From assembly GCA_045046875.1 (NCBI GenBank), contig JASFYY010000158.1:1-25714 (forward strand): a stretch of 25,714 nucleotides of DNA. Reading direction: 5' to 3'. Both the position numbers and the translations under genes were made by a program. This document shows, in pieces, positions 8,182-16,333 of this stretch; within the stretch, counting starts at the first letter, position 1; every line of letters starts with the position of its first letter. The notes under the pieces were generated by a model. It ran no database searches. It worked only from the letters and a program-made list of their open reading frames with translations, and was not told the DNA's origin. The stretch comes from Verrucomicrobiota bacterium (GTDB lineage Bacteria; Verrucomicrobiota; Verrucomicrobiia; Verrucomicrobiales; DEV007).

Positions 8182-10464
8182 ATGATGATCTGCAGATTGA
8201 AAATCGCCCCGCCACACCCTCATCAGTGGATTTCACTTTTCCCGGCGCTGCTTATCCTATGCCTCGCCTACCCACAAGGAAGTCAGGCCGCCGACAAAAA
8301 AACCAAAACCCCGGTCGTCAGCAAAGGCAATGACGCGGCCAGCCAACTGGTCAATACCTGGTTCACGAAAGGAAAAGCTGCAGGTCTGGAAGGTGTTTTT
8401 TACGACAACCGGGATCGCGGGCACTCCAGTCTCGGCATCACCAACTACCCGCAGCTGCAAGCCATCACTTACAGCGAAGACGAAGTCCGACGCTGGATCG
8501 ATTGGGGCTCCCGGCGACAACTCTTGCCCGGCAAGACCGTCATCGGAAATTCCTCGACCGCCTCGCCCGCCACCCGGGCAGGAAGCCACCAACGAATGTT
8601 CTACACCCACCCACAAGGCCTGGGTTTTCTTTATCAGCAATACCGCTCAAACGCACTCTACGTCTATCCGGAACACCGCGACCACGATTCCGGAATCAAC
8701 GGCCCTAACGGATTCGGTGACCTCTACTCCGCCAACTCACCTTATCTGATCAGCAGCCAGGGTTCGTCGGGCACTGACCGGGTCTTCATGTTCGCGATGC
8801 TGAAAACCATCGCCGCTTTTCCACCCGAAACCCGCAAAGCTCTGGTCGACAAAGGCCTGCTGATGCCAGCTCTCCAGGCGATCTTTCGTCAAACTTACCA
8901 GGCCTCCACCAAAGCCGAAGATTACTTCACTGGAAAAGCCCATCCCAGTGCTTTCGAAGGAAAGCTCATCGACGAAGTCGCCATGGTGAAACTCGCTCAA
9001 GGAATGAAAAGCGACGCGCTGCCACCGCTGGTGATCCTGCGCATCACCGGTGAAAGCGAAGCGGCTCCAGGTCGGGATTTTTTTGAATCCGATACCACGA
9101 GGCTGCGGGCCGGCCAAGCCCTCGCCAACTCACCCTGCGCAATCTCCAGAATATTCCGAGTCACGGACTACCGCTACACCATGCAAGTGAATGCGACGGA
9201 CAGCATCTCCCCTCAACACCAAAAGCTGAAATTCCGCTGGGTGGTGCTGCGGGGTGATCCGGCGCTGGTTTCAATCAAAACCAGCGGCGAAAACAATCAA
9301 AAAGCCACTCTGTCAGTCGCCTATCAGGCTCGCCGCCCGATTGAACCGGGCTCTGCCATGATATCGAACCGCGTCGATATTGGAGTGTTTGCCGAAGCAG
9401 AGGACTGTCTCGTTTCACCACCCTCTTTCATCAGCTTCACCACCCTGCCCAACGAACACCGAACTTACACTGACGACGGTCGCTTGCTGGAAATTTTCTA
9501 CGGCTCACGCAGTCGCCTGCTCGGAATGCCGACAGCGGAAAACGAACACTGGGACGCCCTGCTCGCGCGCTTCGATGTTCCAAGCGACCAATGGTCGCCG
9601 GACACCCAGTTACTCACCGCCACGTTTAAAAAAGATCAGATCGCCATCCTCACCACAACCGCCGCAGACACCAAAAAAAACCGCGCGCTAATTGCTAGCG
9701 CCGATAAAAAACTCGATGTGATCGTCACTGCTCAACAAAAGGTCGTCGATGAGAAAAACAAAATACGCCGCGCAGCACTCGCTGAGCACAAAAAACTCGA
9801 TAACAAGGAATCCAAAATCACCCTCGATGCCGCCACCGCGAAATACAGCGCCGCCAGAAAGGTCCTGCGCGACGGCAAAAATGGCGCCGCCGAGCTGAAA
9901 ACCGAAATCGCCGGACTGCACGCAAAAGTGGCCGTCCAACTAAAAACCAAAGGGGTTCCTGACATAATAAGCTCCGCCCTCGAAACCCTGCGAGCCGATC
10001 TTGACTTCTCCTCCGCAAACCAAGCCGCTATCCAAAATGCCGCCGAACAATCTTCCAATAAAAAAGTGAAGAACCTGCTGAACGCAGCCCTAGGCCGCCT
10101 CAAATTTGTCGCTGTGACCAAATCGGACAATCCTCCCCTGAACGATCGTTATCACATCGAGCAATTGAACCTGGACATCCTGAGTGAAGTCCTGTTCCCC
10201 GACTTCCTGCAACGAACATCCGGGCTCAACTATTTCGATTCGCGCCTAACTGACCTCAAAAACTGGCGCGACGTTTACCGCTATTCCAAGGATGGCAAAC
10301 TACTCGGCTGGACTCGCTACCAAAACAGCAAACCCTCCGAATTCACCAGCGACGGCGAACTCGTGCTCTCCCGCAAGGACGATGGCAGTCCAGACAAAGT
10401 TGCCAACATCCGCTACGAGATCGACCCGAAAAGCAAACAGCTCAGAACCGTTGAGGCGAAGTAG
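8182..10464 (+). CDS. Exported hypothetical protein, multi-domain
   Basis: 760-aa ORF with a signal peptide, His/Asp-rich motifs (YDNRDRGHS, YPEHRDHD), an Ig/PKD-like stretch, an Ala/Lys coiled coil and a C-terminal YD-like beta segment. Confidence 0.75.
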   Translation: MMICRLKIAPPHPHQWISLFPALLILCLAYPQGSQAADKKTKTPVVSKGNDAASQLVNTWFTKGKAAGLEGVFYDNRDRGHSSLGITNYPQLQAITYSEDEVRRWIDWGSRRQLLPGKTVIGNSSTASPATRAGSHQRMFYTHPQGLGFLYQQYRSNALYVYPEHRDHDSGINGPNGFGDLYSANSPYLISSQGSSGTDRVFMFAMLKTIAAFPPETRKALVDKGLLMPALQAIFRQTYQASTKAEDYFTGKAHPSAFEGKLIDEVAMVKLAQGMKSDALPPLVILRITGESEAAPGRDFFESDTTRLRAGQALANSPCAISRIFRVTDYRYTMQVNATDSISPQHQKLKFRWVVLRGDPALVSIKTSGENNQKATLSVAYQARRPIEPGSAMISNRVDIGVFAEAEDCLVSPPSFISFTTLPNEHRTYTDDGRLLEIFYGSRSRLLGMPTAENEHWDALLARFDVPSDQWSPDTQLLTATFKKDQIAILTTTAADTKKNRALIASADKKLDVIVTAQQKVVDEKNKIRRAALAEHKKLDNKESKITLDAATAKYSAARKVLRDGKNGAAELKTEIAGLHAKVAVQLKTKGVPDIISSALETLRADLDFSSANQAAIQNAAEQSSNKKVKNLLNAALGRLKFVAVTKSDNPPLNDRYHIEQLNLDILSEVLFPDFLQRTSGLNYFDSRLTDLKNWRDVYRYSKDGKLLGWTRYQNSKPSEFTSDGELVLSRKDDGSPDKVANIRYEIDPKSKQLRTVEAK

Positions 10465-10480
10465 TTCAAGATGAAACCCA

Positions 10481-10515
10481 CCCACAGAAGGTCGGGTTTT
10501 CCTACCCGACCCCTC
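10481..10515 (+). repeat. REP-like palindrome, copy B
   Basis: GGTCGGG-TTTTCCTA-CCCGACC hairpin; direct repeat of 6902-6936. Confidence 0.8.
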
Positions 10516-10577
10516 TTCAAAAAACACCTCTCCAAAAAGCTCTTCCACTGAAGCTACCTCGATAAAACACCCCCCTC

Positions 10578-10636
10578 CTTATCCGTGCCATTTTCCTTCG
10601 GGTAATTTCCTCCGGCCTGTTATCCGTGGTTAAAAA
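10578..10636 (+). repeat. ATCCGTG-type repeat interrupted by a 32-nt insert
   Basis: CTTATCCGTG[CCATTTTCCTTCGGGTAATTTCCTCCGGCCTG]TTATCCGTGGTTAAAAA. Compare the uninterrupted 13331-13350 and 13414-13450. Confidence 0.65.
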
Positions 10637-10688
10637 CCCCTCTCTCCTTTCCTAAAGCTCACCCCCCCATCAAAAAAAACACTCCTCT

Positions 10689-10722
10689 TATTCGTGTGAA
10701 TTCGTGTCCATTAGTGGTTCCC
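10689..10722 (+). repeat. ATTCGTG-type extragenic repeat (uninterrupted)
   Basis: TATTCGTGTGAATTCGTGTCCATTAGTGGTTCCC, made of roughly 10-nt tandem units, abutting the dcd stop codon. Confidence 0.75.
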
Positions 10723-11258
10723 TAAAACGCATTCTTCCACATCATCGACTCCACCGGGCGATGCGTTTTCTCATTATACTTCGCCGACTTTTTATCACAA
10801 TAGGGATTCAAAACTTCCCCCTCGACCTGAAAATAAATCAACTGCCCGATCGGCATACCTGCATACACCCGCACCGGCTGCTTGACCGAGATCTCCAGCG
10901 TCCAGTAATTACAAAAACCCACATCCCCCTTACCCGCCGTGGCGTGAATATCGATCCCCAGCCGTCCCACACTTGATTTGCCCTCCAAAAACGGCACCGT
11001 TTTATGCGTTTCGGTGTATTCCAAGGTCGCTCCGAGGTAGTTGATCTGCGGCTCCAACACAAATCCATCCTCACCGATCTCAAAGTGATCGATACCATTA
11101 TGCTTGCGCGCATCGAGCACCCGATTCGAATAAGTCGCCAAATGTTTACTCAAATGCACATCGTAACTGTTGGTGCCGAGGCACTCCAGGTCATAGGGAT
11201 CCACCACGATTTCCCCTCTCTCCATCGCCTCCAGTATAGCTTTATCCGATAAAATCAT
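10722..11258 (-). CDS. dcd: dCTP deaminase
   Basis: MILSDKAI, NSYDVHL, EGKSSVGRLGI, TAGKGDVGF, TLEI, GMPIGQL. Confidence 0.93.
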   Translation of the reverse strand: MILSDKAILEAMERGEIVVDPYDLECLGTNSYDVHLSKHLATYSNRVLDARKHNGIDHFEIGEDGFVLEPQINYLGATLEYTETHKTVPFLEGKSSVGRLGIDIHATAGKGDVGFCNYWTLEISVKQPVRVYAGMPIGQLIYFQVEGEVLNPYCDKKSAKYNEKTHRPVESMMWKNAF

Positions 11259-11393
11259 AGTTCATTCCTTATCCGCATCCCGCCGCAACGCAACTATTTC
11301 AAGCATCGGACTTGTTTTTAACCCTCACCCACCCGCATCTTTTTCACCCTTTTCATTTGCACAACGCCAAAAGCTCTCTACTTTCCGCACGCT

Positions 11394-11603
11394 ATGGCTA
11401 GAAAAGCAGGAAAAGCAAAAACACGAAAGGGTGTCGCAAAACGATTCAAAATTACCGGAACCGGTAAGATTATTCGTCGTCGACAAGGCAAACGCCACCT
11501 TTTGCGCCGCAAAAACGCAAAACGGAGACGTCGTCTTGGACAAGCTACTTTGGTAGCTGCTTGTGATGTGCCTAACATCAAGGCAGATTTGCCTTTTGGT
11601 TAA
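11394..11603 (+). CDS. rpmI: 50S ribosomal protein L35
   Basis: KTRKGVAKRFKITGTGKI..RHLL..K..KRRRRL; located upstream of rplT. Confidence 0.97.
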   Translation: MARKAGKAKTRKGVAKRFKITGTGKIIRRRQGKRHLLRRKNAKRRRRLGQATLVAACDVPNIKADLPFG

Positions 11604-11652
11604 GCAGCACACCTTATCGGTTCGCGTTTCGACGCTTATCGATGATTAAACA

Positions 11653-11732
11653 CGATTCGAGTGACTGGTTTCGGTAAAGGTCTGTAAAAATACAGGCTGC
11701 GGAATCTAAAGAATGGATGAGTCACCGGATCG
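11653..11732 (+). promoter_or_regulatory. Candidate structured cis-regulatory RNA between rpmI and rplT
   Basis: A 13-bp outer stem (11653-11666 with 11720-11732) encloses a long inner hairpin containing G-U pairs. Confidence 0.45.
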
Positions 11733-11767
11733 ATTAAAAACCAACAGTCCGTTCGGAGGAAAATAAA

Positions 11768-12136
11768 ATGCCACGCGCAACAAACGCACCAGCCAGTCGT
11801 AAAAGACGTAAAAGGATCCTGAAAAAAGCCAAAGGCTTTCGCGGATCACGCTCAAAACTCTACCGCACAGCTAAAGATGCGGTATTCAAAGCCCAATCCT
11901 GGGCCTACCGCGACCGTAAAAATCGCAAACGTAACTTCCGTAACTTGTGGATTCAGCGCATCAACGCGGCCACTCGTGCCCGCGGCCTGACCTACAGCCG
12001 TTTCATGGAAGGCATGGCCGCTGCCGGAATCGAACTCGACCGCAAGGTTCTGTCCGAACTCGCCATCCATGACGAAACCGGATTTGACGCTATTTTCGAG
12101 AAAGCCAAAAGCGCTCTCGAAGCAAAAACGGCGTAA
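11768..12136 (+). CDS. rplT: 50S ribosomal protein L20
   Basis: MPRATNAPASRKRRKRILKKAKGFRG..AYRDRK..FRNLWIQRINAA..LDRKVLSELA; SD GGAGG upstream. Confidence 0.98.
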   Translation: MPRATNAPASRKRRKRILKKAKGFRGSRSKLYRTAKDAVFKAQSWAYRDRKNRKRNFRNLWIQRINAATRARGLTYSRFMEGMAAAGIELDRKVLSELAIHDETGFDAIFEKAKSALEAKTA

Positions 12137-12212
12137 CACGAGCACACTGCCCGTAATTTTTGCCAGCAGGTGGTTCCAAACCACCCGCCAGCAAAAAAAC
12201 AAAACCTTTAAC

Positions 12213-12246
12213 GAAGCCGGCCCACAAAGCCGGCTTCCTTGTTTTT
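12213..12246 (+). terminator. Intrinsic terminator after rplT
   Basis: GAAGCCGGC-CCACAAA-GCCGGCTTC followed by CTTGTTTTT. Confidence 0.65.
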
Positions 12247-12259
12247 AAAATCATTCATC

Positions 12260-13279
12260 ATGTTAGACGAACTTTCCGCCATCCAATCCGATGCCCTCGC
12301 AGCGATCGAATCGATCGACTCTGAGTCCACTCTCGACGAGTTCCGCATTCATTACCTCGGCAAAAAAGGCCGCCTGACCGCCGCTGCCGCTGGCATGCGC
12401 GATGTCGCCAAAGAAGACAAACGCGCTGTCGGGCAAAAGCTCAACGAAGTGCGTAATACCATCACCGGACTGATCGATAGCCGCAACGTCGATCTCGCCG
12501 CGAAGAAAGACGCCCAGGCCGTCGCCGGTATCGACCCCACCTTACCCGCACGCAGCTTGCCGCAGGGAGCCGGGCACCCGCTCAGCCAGATGCTCAACCG
12601 CGCCGTGGACACCCTCCACCAGCTTGGCTTCGCCATCGCCGAAGGCCCTGAGATCGAAGACGAGTGGCACTGCTTCGACGCCCTCAACACACCCGAAGAC
12701 CACCCCGCGCGCAACGAAAAGGACACCTTTTATTTCGACAGCGGCAAACTGCTGCGCACCCACACCTCCACCGTGCAAGTGCGCACCATGGAGGGCGCCA
12801 AAAGCCTGCCGGTGCGCATCATCGCCCCCGGCTCCGCATTCCGTCGTGACGAGATCGACGCCACCCACTCGATCTCCTTCACCCAACTCGAAGGCCTCTA
12901 CGTCGCCGAAGAAGTCAGCCTCGCCGACCTCAAAGGCACGCTGGAGTATTTCTTCCACTCGATCTTCGGCAAAGACACCGAACTGCGTTTCCGCCCACAT
13001 TTTTTCCCCTTCACCGAACCCAGCTTCGAGATCGATATCAAACTGCACACCGCTGGCAAGACCTCCCGCTGGATCGAAATCGCCGGCTGCGGCATGGTAG
13101 ATCCCGCCGTATTCGAAGCCATCCACAGCCAACGCAAAGACGACCTCTTCTCTCCCGACAAAGTCAGCGGATTCGCCTTCGGCCTCGGCATCGACCGCCT
13201 GGCCATGATCCAACACGGCATCCCCGACCTCCGCCTCTTCAGCGAAAACGACCTGCGCTTCCTAAACCAATTCGCCTAA
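12260..13279 (+). CDS. pheS: Phenylalanine--tRNA ligase alpha subunit
   Basis: FDALNTPEDHPAR, LLRTHTSTVQVR, FRRDEIDATHS, FPFTEPS, GFAFGLGIDRLAM. Start set at ATG 12260. Confidence 0.98.
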   Translation: MLDELSAIQSDALAAIESIDSESTLDEFRIHYLGKKGRLTAAAAGMRDVAKEDKRAVGQKLNEVRNTITGLIDSRNVDLAAKKDAQAVAGIDPTLPARSLPQGAGHPLSQMLNRAVDTLHQLGFAIAEGPEIEDEWHCFDALNTPEDHPARNEKDTFYFDSGKLLRTHTSTVQVRTMEGAKSLPVRIIAPGSAFRRDEIDATHSISFTQLEGLYVAEEVSLADLKGTLEYFFHSIFGKDTELRFRPHFFPFTEPSFEIDIKLHTAGKTSRWIEIAGCGMVDPAVFEAIHSQRKDDLFSPDKVSGFAFGLGIDRLAMIQHGIPDLRLFSENDLRFLNQFA

Positions 13280-13310
13280 ACCCCATTGTAAAACAGCCGC
13301 CCCGGCTGCC

Positions 13311-13450
13311 CTCCCCGCAAAAACTCATTTCTTATCCGCGTTATCCGCGGCCCAATTCTCCCTCTTATCTGTATTCACCCACTGTTCATCCTTCCTCCCC
13401 TCAAAACTCATTTCTTATCCGTGTTAATCCGTGTTATCCGCGGTTAAAAA
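13311..13450 (+). repeat. Duplicated ATCCGYG-type extragenic repeats between pheS and pheT
   Basis: AAAACTCATTTCTTATCCGYGTTA occurs at about 13320 and about 13403. The second copy has three units ending GGTTAAAAA. Confidence 0.75.
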
Positions 13451-13465
13451 ACTCTTTCTAAAACG

Positions 13466-15862
13466 ATGAAATTCTCACTCAACTGGCTCAACGACCACAT
13501 CGACCTCGCCGATCTCTCGGTTCCTGAAATCGACGACCTGCTCACCTTCGCCGGCATCGAAGTCGAAGGCATCGAAACCCGGGGCGCCGCCATCGACCTG
13601 TTAGTCGTCGCCCAAGTCATCAGCTCTGACAAACACCCCGACGCTGACAAACTCAGCGTCTGTCAGATCGACGCCGGAACAGACACCCCCGTGCAAATCG
13701 TCTGCGGAGCCAAAAACTACCAAGTCGGTGACAAAATTCCCCTCGCCCAACCCGGCTGCGAACTGCCCGGAGGATTCAAAATCGCCCCCTGTAAAATGCG
13801 CGGCATCGAATCCCACGGTATGATGTGTAGCGCCAGCGAACTCGGTCTGGCCGACACCTCCGACGGCCTGATGATCCTCGACACCGATGCCGCCCCCGGC
13901 ACCCCATTCGCCGACATCGTCACCGCCGATACCATCTTCGACGTCGAGATCACCCCCAACCGTCCCGACCTGCTCAGCCACCTCGGCCTCGCCCGCGAAC
14001 TCGCCGCCCTCACCGGACGCGCGCTCAAAAGCGACATCGCCCACTACCGCCAAAACAACGACGGCTGCCAAACCGCCGATCAAAACGACATCGACATCCA
14101 GGCCCCTGAAGCCTGCCCGCTCTACAGTGGACACTTCATCCGAGGCATCAAAGTCGCGCCCAGCCCTGATTGGCTCAAAGAAAAACTCGAAGCCGTCGGC
14201 CTGCGCCCGATCAACAACGTGGTGGATATCACCAACTACATCCTGCACCAAACCGGCCAGCCCCTGCACGCCTTCGACCTCACCAAACTCAAAGGAGGCA
14301 TCCAGGTGCGTTACGCCGAAGACGGCGAAAAACTCACTGCCCTCGACGGCGAAGACTACCTGCTCAACTCGTCCGACCTCGTCATCGCCGACAGCGAAAA
14401 AGCCCGGGCCATCGCCGGAGTCATGGGAGGAGAAGACAGTGGCGTCACCGACGGCACCACCGACATCCTGCTCGAATCCGCCTATTTTACCCCCAGCGGT
14501 GTGCGCGCCACCGCGCGACGTTTTAATCTCAGCACCGATTCCAGCTACCGCTTCGAACGCGGCATCGATCCGATGCAAACACTCGGCATTTCCAAGCTCG
14601 CAGTCGAACTCATCCTGGAGCTCGCCGGCGGAACCGCCGACCCGCAGACTCTGATCGCCGGACAAGTGCCCGCAGCCCCCGCCGACGTGAACTTCGAACA
14701 CGCCGCCTGCCACCGCCTGCTCGGCCACAACATCGGCGATGACAAAATCGACAGCATCCTGACCGCTCTCGGCCTCGAGCGCAATGAGAGTCAATGGAAA
14801 ATTCCCACCTGGCGACTCGACCTCAGCCGTCAAGTCGATCTCAGCGAAGAAGTCGCCCGCGTATTCGGACTCGACAACATCCCCGCGCGCACCGTCGGCA
14901 CCTACGCACCCGCTTCCAAAGAAGACAAAACTTACGCCGCCAACCGCAGCCTGCGTGACCAACTGGTCCATCAAGGCTTCTACGAAGCCCTCAGCGTCAA
15001 ACTGATCGCCGAGTCCCAACTCAGCGACGATCCCGCCACCGCGATGAAAGGCGGCCTGGTTCCGATGCGAATCAAAAACCCGATCAGCGACGACTACGTT
15101 TATCTTCGTCCCTCCGTGGTTCCCAGCCTACTAAGCATCGCCAAACACAATGTCAACCACGGCAGCAGCGCCTTGCGCCTGTTCGAACTCGGCACCGTAT
15201 TTTCCGCCACCCCCAAAGGACAAGCGATCGAGCAAAGCAGCCTCGGCCTGCTCATCACCGGCGATCGCGAACCCGCCTCCTGGAAAAAACCACAACCAGA
15301 AACCCTGGACTTCCACGACCTGCGCAGCGTCATCGAAAGCCTCTGCCCCGGGCAGGATGTGCAAATCCACCCGATCACCCCACAGCCAGGATGCCACCTC
15401 ACTTTGGCCGCGCAAATCCGCATTGGCAAATCCAAAGCCGGCATCTGCGGCCAGCTCACCCCAGCCCGCGCCCGCGAAATCGGACTGGAAGCTCCGGTAT
15501 TAGTCGCCGAGTTCAACGCCAACACCCTGAACACCGCCCGCAACACCGAGCGCCGCTTCGCCGAGTTACCGCGTTACCCCGCCAGCACCCGCGACATCGC
15601 CATGGAGGCACCAGCCGACCTGCCCAACAGCGACATCGAAGCCGTCTTCGCCAAAATCGACCAGAAACTGCTCGAAAGTTTTTCCCTCTTCGACGTCTTC
15701 AGTGATGCCAGCGGTGAAAAGCTCGCCGCCGACAAAAAGTCGCTCGCTTACTCCATCACCTACCGCCACCCCGACCGCACCCTCGAACAAGCCGAAGTCG
15801 AACAAGCGCACCAAAAGATCCTGGAAACCCTGAGCAAAAACCTGCCAGTGGTCTTCCGCTGA
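13466..15862 (+). CDS. pheT: Phenylalanine--tRNA ligase beta subunit
   Basis: KHPDADKL, IVCGAKN, EITPNRPDLLSHLGLARE, NNVVDITNY, SYRFERG, and a C-terminal FDX-ACB domain. Confidence 0.98.
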   Translation: MKFSLNWLNDHIDLADLSVPEIDDLLTFAGIEVEGIETRGAAIDLLVVAQVISSDKHPDADKLSVCQIDAGTDTPVQIVCGAKNYQVGDKIPLAQPGCELPGGFKIAPCKMRGIESHGMMCSASELGLADTSDGLMILDTDAAPGTPFADIVTADTIFDVEITPNRPDLLSHLGLARELAALTGRALKSDIAHYRQNNDGCQTADQNDIDIQAPEACPLYSGHFIRGIKVAPSPDWLKEKLEAVGLRPINNVVDITNYILHQTGQPLHAFDLTKLKGGIQVRYAEDGEKLTALDGEDYLLNSSDLVIADSEKARAIAGVMGGEDSGVTDGTTDILLESAYFTPSGVRATARRFNLSTDSSYRFERGIDPMQTLGISKLAVELILELAGGTADPQTLIAGQVPAAPADVNFEHAACHRLLGHNIGDDKIDSILTALGLERNESQWKIPTWRLDLSRQVDLSEEVARVFGLDNIPARTVGTYAPASKEDKTYAANRSLRDQLVHQGFYEALSVKLIAESQLSDDPATAMKGGLVPMRIKNPISDDYVYLRPSVVPSLLSIAKHNVNHGSSALRLFELGTVFSATPKGQAIEQSSLGLLITGDREPASWKKPQPETLDFHDLRSVIESLCPGQDVQIHPITPQPGCHLTLAAQIRIGKSKAGICGQLTPARAREIGLEAPVLVAEFNANTLNTARNTERRFAELPRYPASTRDIAMEAPADLPNSDIEAVFAKIDQKLLESFSLFDVFSDASGEKLAADKKSLAYSITYRHPDRTLEQAEVEQAHQKILETLSKNLPVVFR

Positions 15863-15865
15863 TCA

Positions 15866-16018
15866 CCCCATCGTGGAACGGATTGCCTGCCTCGCCATAG
15901 CCCTTTGGGCGTAGGCGGGGCAATCCGTGGATCCCTAAACCCATCCTCACCCCCACGCAATGCCATTGCGTCCCACATCCACCTCCCCCCCCATCGTGGA
16001 ACGGATTGGCAATCCGTG
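15866..16018. repeat. BIME-like cluster of three REP-like palindromes (+,-,+); the first carries a 34-nt hairpin insert (15886-15919)
   Basis: GTGG-AACGGATT-GGC-AATCCGT in two plus-strand copies, and GTGG-GACGCAAT-GGC-ATTGCGT on the minus strand (15955-15976). Confidence 0.8.
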
Positions 16019-16082
16019 TTTTCACCCACTTCCCTCATCCCAGGCATCTCTAGAAAAAATTCTAGGAATTCTAAAAAAAGCA

Positions 16083-16111
16083 TTGCCAGCCGTCTTCCTT
16101 TGTCTCAATAT
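16083..16111 (+). promoter_or_regulatory. Putative sigma70 promoter of the ncRNA
   Basis: TTGCCA-17nt-CAATAT, preceded by an AT-rich tract. Confidence 0.5.
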
Positions 16112-16144
16112 GAAGACACATAGAACGCAGTGCGAACTGAAAAC

Positions 16145-16323
16145 TTTCCTGCAGTGTTCGACCTTATTGGCTTCACCGGGTTGGATCCGTTGAAACGTTA
16201 ATGGAGACTAGCACGGAGGTGGCTGTCAGGCCTTCACTGGAAGGCAAAAGCCCCTGCTGCGGTTTCCGCCCTGTTGAGAAACGGGAATACAAACCCAGAA
16301 GTCAAAAACGGCACAAGTGGGTC
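16145..16323 (+). ncRNA. ssrS: 6S RNA (SsrS)
   Basis: About 180-nt rod: CCTGC/GTGGG, GTGTTCG/CGGCAC, TTGGCTTC/GAAGTCAA, GGGTT/AACCC and TCCGTT/AACGGG; central bubble (16192-16202 with 16268-16279); then GGAGAC/GTTTCC, TAGCA/TGCTG and a terminal CCTTC/GAAGG. Lies downstream of pheT with its own promoter and terminator. Confidence 0.8.
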
Positions 16324-16333
16324 AACCACGAAC

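Noticed and set aside
12137..12259. pheM-like attenuator or T-box upstream of pheS
   Set aside because: Two hairpins are present, but there is no start codon, no Phe-rich leader ORF and no T-box motif. Best read as the rplT terminator.
13601..15019. Long antisense ORFs (472 aa here; also 3068..4243, 12542..13216, 20210..20914 and 24488..25282)
   Set aside because: They are shadows of well-supported genes on the opposite strand, expected from codon bias in GC-rich DNA, and show no motifs.
15866..16018. Mini CRISPR array (30-nt repeat, 34-nt unique segment)
   Set aside because: The unique segment interrupts a repeat rather than lying between repeats, it belongs to a multi-copy hairpin family, and there are no cas genes.
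15756..16193. Small ORFs over the pheT-6S spacer
   Set aside because: They are translations of REP and hairpin repeats and of the ncRNA promoter, with no coding signal.
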